26,128 bases of DNA, taken from a virus. Lineage: Duplodnaviria > Caudoviricetes. Positions 1 to 9,777 of the stretch are shown here, piece by piece. The stretch covers positions 1 through 26,128 of IMG/VR virus record IMGVR_UViG_3300032272_000063; one strand, 5' to 3'. The position numbers and the translations under genes are program-made. Numbering within the stretch: position 1 is the first letter of the stretch; the number at the start of each line of letters is the position of its first letter. The notes under the pieces are model-generated. The model made no database searches, was not told where the DNA came from, and saw only the letters and a program-made list of their open reading frames with translations.

Positions 1-486
1 ACATTTGCTTACGCTGCAAATCAGAACGGTCAGAATCCATGTCCAACAGGGTACGCAACGTACAACATAATCGGCGCGGTGCCCCACACGCACGCGGACT
101 TTTCTGTGGAACCGGGTGCAGTCCCCGGTGATGTGGAGATAACATACGTGGCCCATACTGCGGTCACAGTGTCTGTAAATGTGTACCACATAGATGGCGC
201 CAGAATGATCATAGACCTGTTCAATGTAAAGCGTACATTAAACGGGAGAAAACCTTTTTACGATATAAATGCATCTCTGCTCAGTTTTTCCGGTTTGCGG
301 GATCTGTCTGGTGTACGCGATGCACAATACCAACCCCGCTACCAGGCGGATTATGTTTTTAATTACCGTACCAAACTTGTTGACCCCGGTCCGTTAGACG
401 AGTCTAACAAAGTGGTTGATAAATTATCGATTAACGGTACAATAGAAAATGACGACGTTGAGATTATCGGATGGGATAATCTGTAA
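1..486 (+). CDS. Putative neck/tail-terminator protein (5'-truncated)
   Basis: Frame is open from base 1 (TFAYAANQNGQNPCPTGYATY...). Lies directly upstream of the sheath gene; the ANQNxxxP..Y.T motif resembles myophage neck/terminator proteins. Confidence 0.55.
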   Translation, partial: TFAYAANQNGQNPCPTGYATYNIIGAVPHTHADFSVEPGAVPGDVEITYVAHTAVTVSVNVYHIDGARMIIDLFNVKRTLNGRKPFYDINASLLSFSGLRDLSGVRDAQYQPRYQADYVFNYRTKLVDPGPLDESNKVVDKLSINGTIENDDVEIIGWDNL

Positions 487-507
487 CAGATTTTAGGAGG
501 TCGCTAA

Positions 508-1986
508 ATGGCTTTAGGTGTACAAATTACAGATCGCGTGGACGTCCAGGCGCTGTTGCAGACTGCGGTTGTAGTCCCCGCATCCCTGCGTAAAGCGGTA
601 TATTTTATCGATACAGATGAAATCCCACTGGATAGACGATACGTGGAAGTTACAAAATCCGATTTTGCCGATACGTTGCTTAGCACTGGGTACCCGTATG
701 CATTTGCAAATCTGCATTTTCAACAAAAAAGAGTTGCTGCATCCTTGCAAATCGCCCGATGGGCTCAGACTGCGTCCAATCCTTATTGGGTCGCGGGTGA
801 CCATGAGACCACATTGGCCACATGGACAGCAATCACAGACGGCTCGATTCGGGTCGTTGACGTGGATACTCCCGCGAATGAAGATGATGTAACCGCAATC
901 GATTTTTCCAGCATGACGAACATTAGCCAGCTGCCCACAGTTTTGACCAATGCTGTACAGGCTGTTGTAGCGCCAAATGTTGTCGGGCTCGATACAGCTG
1001 TATGGTCATACGATGTATATGGCCGGTTGGTCATGACCATGCCGGGGACGGGAGCCGCTGCAGTTTACGTGACAATGGAGGCGGTATCCCCCGCATCAGG
1101 TACAGATATCTCGACACTGTTGGACACAACAAACGAAACGGCCGTTGAAGGCGTTGACGCGGAATCTATTGGCGATGCAATTGATGCATTGAGAGCGGTT
1201 GACGACACCGGTGTTTTTTACACCGCCAAGTTTACCACCGCTACTGACGAGGCCCGTGCAACTGAGATGACCGCGATGGCATCCAAAGTCGAAGCGATCC
1301 CGAAGTTTGCTGTGGTCACTGCAGACGATACTGATATTAAAAACAGTTCTGTAGACACGGACATCTTCAGCGATTTGCAGGCCCTCGGGTACAAGCGGAC
1401 CATGGGCATTTATTATGAAAACATCAGTGACCGCTCTAAAATGATTCCTGAAGCAGCTGTACTTGGTTGTGTTATTCCTGGGGAAGAGGGCTCAATCAGT
1501 TTTGCTCAGGAAGACCTTACTGGCGTGACAGAATCCGGATACACCGCGTCCCTGTCGAAAACTTTGACGGACGTTGTAACCGGCAAAGGCGGCAATGTCA
1601 TTGAAGCGGTCGCTGGGTTTACATATCTTTACGACGGTTTGACTTTCGGCGGCGAAGAACTGCGGATTATGGTCGGGCGTGATTGGTTTACCAATACCAT
1701 CGCCAGCGCGGCATTTAGCTATCAAATGAATCAACCGCTAACAGCATTTGACAATGTGACCATTACCGCGATTGCAAACATCGTTTTGGAAACTGGTGAG
1801 GAAGCAATCCGCCGACGCATTCTAGTCAATACAGTCGAGAGACCATTCACAGTTACTCCACCTGATGCGGATGATTTTACACAGGCGGAAAGAGCCTCTC
1901 ATTATATGCAACTTCCGGATTTTTTCCAGGGGTATCTCAACAGCAGCGTAACGGATTATCAGATAATCGGTACCTGGACAATTTAA
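508..1986 (+). CDS. Contractile tail sheath protein (DUF3383-like)
   Basis: 492 aa with GGAGG SD. Motifs 'YPYAFANLHFQQ...LQIARWAQTA', 'GYKRTMGIY' and 'GRDWF'; lies before the tube gene. Confidence 0.8.
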   Translation: MALGVQITDRVDVQALLQTAVVVPASLRKAVYFIDTDEIPLDRRYVEVTKSDFADTLLSTGYPYAFANLHFQQKRVAASLQIARWAQTASNPYWVAGDHETTLATWTAITDGSIRVVDVDTPANEDDVTAIDFSSMTNISQLPTVLTNAVQAVVAPNVVGLDTAVWSYDVYGRLVMTMPGTGAAAVYVTMEAVSPASGTDISTLLDTTNETAVEGVDAESIGDAIDALRAVDDTGVFYTAKFTTATDEARATEMTAMASKVEAIPKFAVVTADDTDIKNSSVDTDIFSDLQALGYKRTMGIYYENISDRSKMIPEAAVLGCVIPGEEGSISFAQEDLTGVTESGYTASLSKTLTDVVTGKGGNVIEAVAGFTYLYDGLTFGGEELRIMVGRDWFTNTIASAAFSYQMNQPLTAFDNVTITAIANIVLETGEEAIRRRILVNTVERPFTVTPPDADDFTQAERASHYMQLPDFFQGYLNSSVTDYQIIGTWTI

Positions 1987-1997
1987 GGAGCTGAGCA

Positions 1998-2417
1998 ATG
2001 GCAGACTATAAACCCTTCGACCCGGAAAAATTTACCGCCATGTTTGGCGCTCACAGTGTCCGTGGGTACGGTGAAGACGCAATGGTAGAGGTCACTTTCG
2101 ATTCAGATTTTGGCGAAGTCCACAAATCCGTGGACGGTGAGAACCGTCACGTCAATCTCAAAGATCGCGCGGGAACTATCACGGTAACCCTGGGCCAACA
2201 TTCTGCATCCAATGCGGTTTTTACTACACTGGTTGCGTCAGGTGTGCCCTTCCCTGTCACCCTGATCGACAAGTCCAGTGTAGGGGATACTTTCTTCGCA
2301 GGGTCCACTAAAATCAAGACTATGCCGTCATTTACCAAACAAAAATCCAACTCAGAAAACGTTTGGGTATGGCAATTTACCCGGGGCACAATGACCCTGG
2401 CAGGAGCATTTGAATAA
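1998..2417 (+). CDS. Tail tube protein (DUF3277-like)
   Basis: 139 aa with AAGGAG SD. 'FDPEK...GTITVTLGQHSASN...WVWQF' is typical of this tube family; follows the sheath. Confidence 0.8.
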   Translation: MADYKPFDPEKFTAMFGAHSVRGYGEDAMVEVTFDSDFGEVHKSVDGENRHVNLKDRAGTITVTLGQHSASNAVFTTLVASGVPFPVTLIDKSSVGDTFFAGSTKIKTMPSFTKQKSNSENVWVWQFTRGTMTLAGAFE

Positions 2418-2869
2418 TGAGTAAGAGGGCGAAAATTACTGATATTATTTTTGATGTACCCGGCGCGGATGGCCCGATAAAGTGTGAGCTTATCCCGCTA
2501 AAACAGCGAGACGCCGGGCGCGTTTTCCATACATGTGCGGGGCAATTGTTATCCGCGATCTCCGGTGCTGTAGGCGCCAATGGGCAGGAGGCCCAGGTTG
2601 CGGCGATTGCCGGGACACTTGGTAAAAATGATTACGATCTGATTTGGGACCTTGCGGAATCTTTATGCAAGGACGCGATAATCGGGGGTAAAGAAGTTCG
2701 CTCTTTGGAAGACATTGACGAGATAGCAGAGACCCCCTGGATTCTGTACATGATAATCTTCCATGGGGTTAAGGGTAATTGGCCCCGGGTTTTTTCCGAA
2801 CTGGGGACGAAGCTCGGCGGTTTCGCCTCCCGGATTCAGGATCAAATGAAGACAACCATCGGAGGTTGA
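2417..2869 (+). CDS. Tail assembly chaperone (G-like)
   Basis: 150 aa, TAATG overlap with the tube gene, canonical position between tube and tape measure. Confidence 0.65.
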   Translation: MSKRAKITDIIFDVPGADGPIKCELIPLKQRDAGRVFHTCAGQLLSAISGAVGANGQEAQVAAIAGTLGKNDYDLIWDLAESLCKDAIIGGKEVRSLEDIDEIAETPWILYMIIFHGVKGNWPRVFSELGTKLGGFASRIQDQMKTTIGG

Positions 2870-3048
2870 CAATTCCGCCGTGGGAGGCTGAGATCTGTTC
2901 AGTCGCCCGCTTTTTTAACTCCGACCCTGACGCCGTTGGCAACTGGACGGCACCGGAATTTTTGGACAGGCAGGAATACATGTTTTATCAAATACATCTC
3001 GACCAGCTGGAGATAAAACGAGCCGAAAGGGCGTCCAATGGCCGGTAA
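2779..3048 (+). CDS. Second chaperone ORF (T-like), probably reached by -1 frameshift
   Basis: Open -1 frame that overlaps the chaperone 3' end and fills the gap to the tape measure. No early ATG; GGGTTTTTT run at 2787-2795. Confidence 0.5.
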   Translation: MAPGFFRTGDEARRFRLPDSGSNEDNHRRLTIPPWEAEICSVARFFNSDPDAVGNWTAPEFLDRQEYMFYQIHLDQLEIKRAERASNGR

Positions 3049-4888
3049 TTATGTAGAGGAACTGGTCGCTTTTCTTGGATGGGAAGTTGATTCCAAAGAC
3101 CTTGAATCCTTCGAAGACCAAACCAAATCTGTTACAGATACGATAAAGGGTGTCGCCGCTGCTGTCGGTGTCGCCGCCGTTGCGGTGTCTGCGTTTGTCA
3201 CGGTCGTCAATAAAGCCACTGCAGTACAGACCTTTATGGCCCGCGCCAACGAAGTCAATGCCCAGGCGGTTGAGGACTGGGGTCGGATGTTGTCCGCCGT
3301 TGGCGGGTCCGTTGAGAGTGTAACGAAAAACTTCGTATTCCTTAACAAGACCATGGGGGCCATTAAATCCGGCGCCGTGTCCGCTACGATTGTCCAAAAA
3401 GCGTTAAAAAGCGTCAATATTGAGCTGAGTGAGTTCAAGAAATTAAACGCAGAGGAACAGTTCAAGACAGTACTGCAAGCTGCGAAAGATGTGGAAGATG
3501 CCCAGGTGGGACAGGCCGCAGCGGTCGCCCTCCTTGGCCGGGACGCAGGCAAGACCGTTGGTTATCTCCGGACCCAAATGGATTCCATTGAAGATTTACT
3601 GGCAGTTCAGGCAAAGATGAATCTCCAGACCGATGAAGGCCGGGAGGGTGCAATCCGGTTCTTCGGGGCGCTCGACCATCTGGAAGCCGCTGTGGATTCG
3701 ACCAAGGAATCTTTAGCAGGTCTCATTGGCGCCGGCGTGGCGCCTTTGCTTGAAAGTACTCGCGACTGGATTGCGGAAAACTCTGAACTTATAAAAGTCA
3801 ATATCGCGCTATGGGCAGACCGGATTACGAAGGCCCTCACATGGCTGGCCAGTGGGATCCGTTGGCTGATCACATGGGTCAAACGGTTAGTAGACCTCAT
3901 GGGCGGACTGGAGAACGCTACCAAGCTGGTAGGTCTCGCAATCGCTGCGATGATCACAGCCAAAACACTGATTGCCTTTGTCAGTTTTGCAAAAGCTGTG
4001 AAAGCCGCAACATTGGCAACCACGCTTATGAACGCAGCTATCGGGCTTACCCCCCTGTTGATCGCCGGGGTCTTAGCGCTCCTGTTTTTATTGGGTGAGG
4101 ACCTATATCATTTTTTCACTGGCGGGGAATCTCTCCTGGGTGAACTCGGTGACAAAATAGCTGAGTTCGCGCACATGAACGTGCGCCCGTTTATCGCGTC
4201 TTTGCTGGGGATGACCCCGGAGGAATTTGACCTCGCCCTTGTTAAAATTGTCGGGTCGATTACAGATTTTTTTACGAAGACGATCCCCAGTCTATGGCAG
4301 GCTGGGGTTGACGCAGTTGAAGATATTATCACCTGGGCAGTTAACGACCTGTGGCCGATTATAAATCAAATATTTGATTTTTATGTGGATGTATGGGGTC
4401 GAGTCCTCAGTTTTATCGGTGACGTTGCCGTGCGAATTAAAGACACCATCATTGGTGCCGTGACCGGGGCAATCCGGGCAGTTTCCGGATTGCTTCAAAA
4501 ACTCCCTGGCGGTGATGCGTTAGCAGGGCTCCTATCAGGGTCCGAATTGCTTCAAAAACTCCCTGGCGGTGATGCGTTAGCAGGGCTCCTACCAGGGTCC
4601 GAATTGCTTCAAAAACTCCCTGGCGGTGATGCGTTGTCAGGATTACTCCCTGGTTCCGGCGGCGCTCCCGCAGGCGCGGGCCTTGGCGCGTCGGGTGCAG
4701 CACGCGCGGCCGCCGCGTCTGTAGTAAACAGTAACTCGACGCGAACTACCGGCGTTAATCAGAGCAATGTATTTAATGTAACTCAGTTACCCGGGGAATC
4801 TGGCGAGGGTTTTGCCCGTCGTGTTAAGGATGTCCTTGGGTCCGAAATGAGTCGTGCGGTTACCGCGTCTGCCAGTGGAGTTGAGTGA
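3038..4888 (+). CDS. Tape measure protein
   Basis: 616 aa, Ala/Gly-rich helical protein with hydrophobic segments. N-terminus 'VEELVAFLGWEVD'; follows the chaperones. Confidence 0.85.
   Translation: MAGNYVEELVAFLGWEVDSKDLESFEDQTKSVTDTIKGVAAAVGVAAVAVSAFVTVVNKATAVQTFMARANEVNAQAVEDWGRMLSAVGGSVESVTKNFVFLNKTMGAIKSGAVSATIVQKALKSVNIELSEFKKLNAEEQFKTVLQAAKDVEDAQVGQAAAVALLGRDAGKTVGYLRTQMDSIEDLLAVQAKMNLQTDEGREGAIRFFGALDHLEAAVDSTKESLAGLIGAGVAPLLESTRDWIAENSELIKVNIALWADRITKALTWLASGIRWLITWVKRLVDLMGGLENATKLVGLAIAAMITAKTLIAFVSFAKAVKAATLATTLMNAAIGLTPLLIAGVLALLFLLGEDLYHFFTGGESLLGELGDKIAEFAHMNVRPFIASLLGMTPEEFDLALVKIVGSITDFFTKTIPSLWQAGVDAVEDIITWAVNDLWPIINQIFDFYVDVWGRVLSFIGDVAVRIKDTIIGAVTGAIRAVSGLLQKLPGGDALAGLLSGSELLQKLPGGDALAGLLPGSELLQKLPGGDALSGLLPGSGGAPAGAGLGASGAARAAAASVVNSNSTRTTGVNQSNVFNVTQLPGESGEGFARRVKDVLGSEMSRAVTASASGVE
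4484..4654 (+). repeat. In-frame 57-bp tandem repeat x3 in tape measure (SELLQKLPGGDALAGLLxG)
   Basis: Units start at 4484, 4541 and 4598 and are near-identical at DNA level. Confidence 0.95.
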
Positions 4889-5559
4889 TGCCTGACATTA
4901 TCAGTGTAATAAAAGACCCATCAAAACTCAAAGATTTATTTGGCTCAACACCTGTGACAATAGGTAATATAAGAGTTGATGTATTGGTTTATGAAGTACC
5001 TATTTTTGAATGGGATATACCCACACAACGGGTCGATGTCGGTGTTGATGTTTCGGACTCAAGATACAAAAAGCCTGTTGGAGTGACCTTGGACTGTGAA
5101 TTTCTTGACCCGGATTTTTCGATAACCAATGTTGTCAAATCGGCTGTGTCAGATTTCGCCGGCGGTGCGGGATTTGACGATGAGTCGTGGGAGACAAAAC
5201 GGGATAAGTTGATTGACCTGGCAGACAGGAACGAACTGATTACAATAATCACACCCAGCACATTCGACTACTCAGATATGATGATCGATGCATTGCAGCC
5301 CGACTTCAATCCTCAAAATGGCGAGGGATTCTTTTTCCGGGTCTCTGCGAAACACGTTGAGCAGGTGTCTTCTGAGGTCCAGAGTTTTGACCAGGGGCTT
5401 TTGCCTGATGAGTTAAAGAGAGATAAAGACGCTCAATCCAAAACAAAACAGGATAAAACAAAAGACCTGGGTACAAAAGCGGCGAAGAATCCAACAGAAA
5501 AGAAAAGCTCGATACTGAAAAATCTTTATGACAAGGGCCTCGCAGCGTTTGGTGGTTAA
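4885..5559 (+). CDS. Dit-like/tube-initiator baseplate protein
   Basis: 224 aa, GTGA overlap with the tape measure. 'IPTQRVDVGVDVSD' resembles the N-terminal motif of Dit-like proteins; position supports the call. Confidence 0.55.
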   Translation: MMPDIISVIKDPSKLKDLFGSTPVTIGNIRVDVLVYEVPIFEWDIPTQRVDVGVDVSDSRYKKPVGVTLDCEFLDPDFSITNVVKSAVSDFAGGAGFDDESWETKRDKLIDLADRNELITIITPSTFDYSDMMIDALQPDFNPQNGEGFFFRVSAKHVEQVSSEVQSFDQGLLPDELKRDKDAQSKTKQDKTKDLGTKAAKNPTEKKSSILKNLYDKGLAAFGG

Positions 5560-5561
5560 CT

Positions 5562-5882
5562 ATGGCAATACGTGAGATACCAATTACGCCCAGTAAACAA
5601 TTCATTTTGAGTATAAATCTTGACGGTCACGATATAGATCTCCTGTTTCGTTGGAACCTCACTGGGCTATATTGGACTTATAGTTTATCAGGACAATCCC
5701 TTACAGAGAAAGTCAACGGCGCCGCTGTGGTCAATGGTATTAATCTGTTGCGCCCGTATGCGATCCGCGAATTGGGTGAGCTGTGGTGCGTGGATGGGAC
5801 AGACCTCGGGGAAGATCCGGACTTCGATAATTTTGGTTCCCGTTGGTCTCTGCTGTACGTCGAAAAAGGGACCGTGTTGTGA
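5562..5882 (+). CDS. Small baseplate (plug-like) protein
   Basis: 106 aa, 'EIPITP..QF..I.LDG....L.FRWN....YW' pattern; synteny. Confidence 0.6.
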   Translation: MAIREIPITPSKQFILSINLDGHDIDLLFRWNLTGLYWTYSLSGQSLTEKVNGAAVVNGINLLRPYAIRELGELWCVDGTDLGEDPDFDNFGSRWSLLYVEKGTVL

Positions 5883-6766
5883 GTCTGTTATTTGACAGGC
5901 GAACTGAGTTGAGATTACTTACCCGTGGGCAAGAGATAAACCTTACTGATTACGATATGTCCTTTGATGTTTTGGCCACATCAAAAAGCGAGCCAAACAC
6001 TGCAAAAATAACAATATATGGGCTGTCCGAAAGCCAAAGAAAATTATTCGGCCCAGGGTTACAGGCTATTGAATTTCGCGCGGGATACAAAGAGGCCCTT
6101 GGTACGATTTTCAAAGGCACCTGGGACCCGGAAAAATCCTATGCAACCCACATTAAAACTGGGCCAGTATGGCAAACGGATATCGAAACAGGCGAGGGGC
6201 TGAAAGAGGTACAAGTAGCCTTTATCAATCGCTCGTACTCTGCTGGTACTCCCCTCGCCACTGTGATCATGGATATCTCCGGTCTATTTGGGGTCCCGGT
6301 ATTGATGGAGTTTACCCGGCCTGAGACGCTATTATTCGCTGCTACATTTACCGGACGGGCGTCCAAGGTACTTGATGACCTGGCGTGGTCCTTTAAGTTC
6401 GATTGGTCTATACAACATGGGTCCCTGTTCGTAACAGAACGCGGTGAACCAGCGGCGGCGGCGGGGGTTGCTACCATCCTGTCGCACAGCACCGGCTTGA
6501 TTGGTGATCCAGTTGTGACCACCGACGGGATCGAGTGCAATACCCTTATGTTGTCCACGATGAAACCCAAGGGGTTAATCAAAATTCAGGATGATTCCGT
6601 TCCCGGGAAAATTGAACAGCTGGCTATCCGGGCGAAAAATAAAAAGTCAAATAAATTGAGATCCGAAATTTCCGATTCCGGTATTTACGTAGTCGATGAA
6701 ATCCAGTATTATGGAGATAACCGTGGCGGAGACTATGGTTGCAAAGTAAAGGCGCTTTTCCAATGA
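5879..6766 (+). CDS. Baseplate hub protein
   Basis: 'PNTAKITIYGLS..R...IEFRAGY...GTIFKG', 'WSIQHG' and 'TGLIGDP' motifs. Start moved to the GTG at 5879 (GTGA overlap with the previous stop). Confidence 0.7.
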   Translation: MSLLFDRRTELRLLTRGQEINLTDYDMSFDVLATSKSEPNTAKITIYGLSESQRKLFGPGLQAIEFRAGYKEALGTIFKGTWDPEKSYATHIKTGPVWQTDIETGEGLKEVQVAFINRSYSAGTPLATVIMDISGLFGVPVLMEFTRPETLLFAATFTGRASKVLDDLAWSFKFDWSIQHGSLFVTERGEPAAAAGVATILSHSTGLIGDPVVTTDGIECNTLMLSTMKPKGLIKIQDDSVPGKIEQLAIRAKNKKSNKLRSEISDSGIYVVDEIQYYGDNRGGDYGCKVKALFQ

Positions 6767-7254
6767 GAAATGAAACAATAGAATCTGGATTGAAAACGAT
6801 ATTTCGGGAACTGCTTGCCGAAGTAAATACATCGTTTGTTGGTATTATTGTTTCTTTTGACGGGAAAAACAGAGTATCCATTCAACCGGCTATTAAATTT
6901 AAACCCACGGGAGGGGAAGAACAACCCTTACCCATTTTGGAGGATGTGCCCCTGATTTTCCCCGGCGGGTCTACAATGAAAATGACCTGGACCCCCCTCG
7001 CTGGTGATGCGGTGATCGTAATCTGTGCTCAACGGGCGATCGACAATTGGAAGACTTCCGGTGGCCTGGTATCCCCGGGTAATCTCAGGAGATTTTCCGC
7101 GTCTGATGCGGTCGCAATCCCTGGGCTTGAGTCATTCGCTACGGCCGTTCCAGTTGGTACGAACCCTAAAATAGAGGCCTTAACCGGCGGCGTTATTGAG
7201 TTCACACCCACTGGGTCCGTTACGATTAACGGGCATCTTGAGGTATTGATATGA
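6763..7254 (+). CDS. Baseplate spike protein (Gp138-like N-terminal OB domain)
   Basis: 'VSIQPAI...LPILEDVPLIFP...GD.V.VI..QRAID.W...RRF..SDA.AIPG'. Start at the ATGA overlap at 6763. Confidence 0.75.
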   Translation: MRNETIESGLKTIFRELLAEVNTSFVGIIVSFDGKNRVSIQPAIKFKPTGGEEQPLPILEDVPLIFPGGSTMKMTWTPLAGDAVIVICAQRAIDNWKTSGGLVSPGNLRRFSASDAVAIPGLESFATAVPVGTNPKIEALTGGVIEFTPTGSVTINGHLEVLI

Positions 7255-7628
7255 CTCTAAAACTGGCTTTTACTAACGCGGGTACAATTGAGCATGCTCC
7301 GGGGTCGCTAATCTCTGGTGGTACATTCACAATTACAACGCCGCCGGATTTAAAAATATCCATACTAAACCTGGGTGTATTTTTTAACCAGATTGCGTTT
7401 ACTTTTACTGGGGGCAACGCCGCTGGATTTACTCCGGGATCTGTCGCTGGCGGTGGAACGATAGCGTCCACAGCCCTGTATGTAAAAACAAGCGCCGGGT
7501 TTATCCTGCGGGAAGATGATACAGGCACCCTCAATGCTATTGGGGCAATCCCTGGCGGTGGTACGGGCCCAGTGGCGGGCACGGTAATCCTCGGGGATCC
7601 AGGGCAAACGAAGTGGAGCGCTGAATGA
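7251..7628 (+). CDS. Small Gly/Thr-rich virion protein, possible spike tip
   Basis: 125 aa with ATGA overlaps at both ends; lies between the spike and the gp25-like gene. Confidence 0.45.
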   Translation: MTLKLAFTNAGTIEHAPGSLISGGTFTITTPPDLKISILNLGVFFNQIAFTFTGGNAAGFTPGSVAGGGTIASTALYVKTSAGFILREDDTGTLNAIGAIPGGGTGPVAGTVILGDPGQTKWSAE

Positions 7629-7984
7629 GTGTGGATATATCATTTGAAGATGGTGACATGGGTTTGACGGATACAGGAGACCTTGCCACGATTAACGACG
7701 GGGACCAGGTGGCGTCTCACGTTAGCGCGCGGCTCAAGATGGTGCTCGGCGAGGACTATTTTGACACTCAAAAAGGAGTCCCATGGTTCGATGCTATGTA
7801 CACACTGGAGACTTCTTATGAGCAAAAATCGGCTATACTTAGGCAAACGATACTAAGAACCCCGGGTGTGTCTCGGCTTGTGTCATTTTCATACGGGATT
7901 GAGCCCGGTTTGAGACAGGCTATTGTAACTTACCACGCGGAGACTGTTTACAGTACTGCGGTATCCGATGAGGTTATCATATGA
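7625..7984 (+). CDS. Baseplate wedge/sheath initiator (gp25-like)
   Basis: 'RLKMVLGEDYFDTQKGVPWF...ILRTPGV' motif; precedes baseplate J. Confidence 0.75.
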   Translation: MSVDISFEDGDMGLTDTGDLATINDGDQVASHVSARLKMVLGEDYFDTQKGVPWFDAMYTLETSYEQKSAILRQTILRTPGVSRLVSFSYGIEPGLRQAIVTYHAETVYSTAVSDEVII

Positions 7985-9174
7985 GTTATGTTGATGAAAC
8001 CGGTATCTATTTAGATACTTTTGATGAAGTGAAAACTGAGTTTATAGATGACCTCAATGAGATTTTTGGAGAGGGCGTCAACACGGATAACGCCGCACGT
8101 TTTGGCCAGCTGACAAATATAATCTGCGAGAGAGTGGCGGACCAGAATGAATTAGTGCAGCTTGTCGCAAACAATCAGGATCCAGTGTCAGCTATTGGCG
8201 TATGGCTGGAACAGATTGTGCGAATCAACGGCATTGATAAAAATGAGGCGGAATACTCAACCGCCACCGTACAGATTACCGCCAGTGGGTCCGGCACAAC
8301 TGTACTGGCTGGTGATACAGTGGAAGACCCTGCAGTGGGTGAACCTTTTGCTATCGAGTCAGATACGACGGTTGCGCCATCCGGTACAGAGCTGGTTACC
8401 GCAACGGCGGTTAACCCAGGGGCGATTGAGGCCGCGTCCGGGACCCTCACAAAAATAAACAATCCCCGATACGGCTGGGCCTCTGTTACCAACGTCGCAG
8501 ATGCGTCCCCCGGAGCGCTGGAAGAAACAGATGCAGACCTAAGGATCCGCCGCGAACTGGCAGCCAATCAAACGGGTAACAGTTCGCCCTCTGCTATACA
8601 TCGTAGACTAGCGGATATTGATGGGGTGACCGAGGTCAGTGTACTGCAGAATACTGATGATACCACCGACTCGCAGGGGATACCACCTCACAGCCTGTGG
8701 GCAATTGTAAACGGTGGCGTGGAATCTGTCGTAGGCCAAACATTATTTGAAAACGTGGGCGGGGGCGTTGGTTTTTATGGCAACAACACATACAATTATG
8801 ATGACCCAATCACAGGTGACATCTGGCCGGTCACCTGGTCCTATGGTGTAGAAGTGCCTATTTACGTTACCGTCCGCACCCGTAAGAAAACGGGGTACCC
8901 TGGTGATGGGGATGCACTGATGAAACAAAATATTGTTGATTTTTTCGATGGTAATTTTACTGTCAATGGATCGGTAATCCCTGCGTTTGGTCTGGGCGAT
9001 GATGTTGTGTCCTCCCAAATTTACACCCCGGCCAATGTTGTTCCTGGGCATGAGATCGTGGAAATACTGATTAGTAAAACAGCGTCCCCAACATCCAGCG
9101 ATACTATAGAGATTGTGCCGGATGAATACGCAGGTACGGAACTTGCTAAGATATCGATTGTGAATGTGGTATGA
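7981..9174 (+). CDS. Baseplate J/gp47-like protein
   Basis: 397 aa; 'A.GVWLEQI', 'EETDADLRIR' and 'GIPPHSLWAIVNGG' motifs. Confidence 0.85.
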   Translation: MSYVDETGIYLDTFDEVKTEFIDDLNEIFGEGVNTDNAARFGQLTNIICERVADQNELVQLVANNQDPVSAIGVWLEQIVRINGIDKNEAEYSTATVQITASGSGTTVLAGDTVEDPAVGEPFAIESDTTVAPSGTELVTATAVNPGAIEAASGTLTKINNPRYGWASVTNVADASPGALEETDADLRIRRELAANQTGNSSPSAIHRRLADIDGVTEVSVLQNTDDTTDSQGIPPHSLWAIVNGGVESVVGQTLFENVGGGVGFYGNNTYNYDDPITGDIWPVTWSYGVEVPIYVTVRTRKKTGYPGDGDALMKQNIVDFFDGNFTVNGSVIPAFGLGDDVVSSQIYTPANVVPGHEIVEILISKTASPTSSDTIEIVPDEYAGTELAKISIVNVV

Positions 9175-9773
9175 CAACCCTGGCCACAAGGAAAATGGTC
9201 TATCGTATCATAGACCAGTATCGGGATGCCCCAAAATGGGTGGCTTTTATCGAGGCCATAGGTAAACGTTTTGATGATACAGATGCCATAATTGATCACT
9301 TGCTATTCGGAAGATTTTTGGCGACTGCAGAAAATTTTGAACTGGACCGGATCGGGCAATTGCTCGGATATCCGAGGCCCTATGAAACTAATCCTGACAT
9401 TATTTTCGCATACAAGGCCGCAGCGGATCCCGTAAACGACCAAAACAAAGGATATGGTACCCTGTCTGACCCCGCCGCCGGCGGGTTATATACCTCGCTC
9501 TTTGGTCTGGATTCCGAGGATCTAGTGGACGATGAAACCTATCGTGAGTTGTTGTACATCCGTTCCCGGGTTATGAACCTGGGCCCTTCAATACCAGAAC
9601 TGTATACCTGGATAACGGAATCCTTCGGTGTTGGGTGCGCTATCACCGTATCGGATGTAATGCATATCCGGATCGAACTGGACAGTGCAATCAGCGTTCA
9701 TCAACGAAATTTGATCGAATATTTTGGCCCCACTTTGCCTGGGGTAAATGTTTTGATACTAAACTGGGAGTAA
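9171..9773 (+). CDS. Baseplate wedge protein (DUF2612-like)
   Basis: 'IIDQYRDAPK', 'TAE..ELDRIGQLLG..R' and 'DDETYR' motifs; follows baseplate J. Confidence 0.75.
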   Translation: MTTLATRKMVYRIIDQYRDAPKWVAFIEAIGKRFDDTDAIIDHLLFGRFLATAENFELDRIGQLLGYPRPYETNPDIIFAYKAAADPVNDQNKGYGTLSDPAAGGLYTSLFGLDSEDLVDDETYRELLYIRSRVMNLGPSIPELYTWITESFGVGCAITVSDVMHIRIELDSAISVHQRNLIEYFGPTLPGVNVLILNWE

Positions 9774-9777
9774 TACC

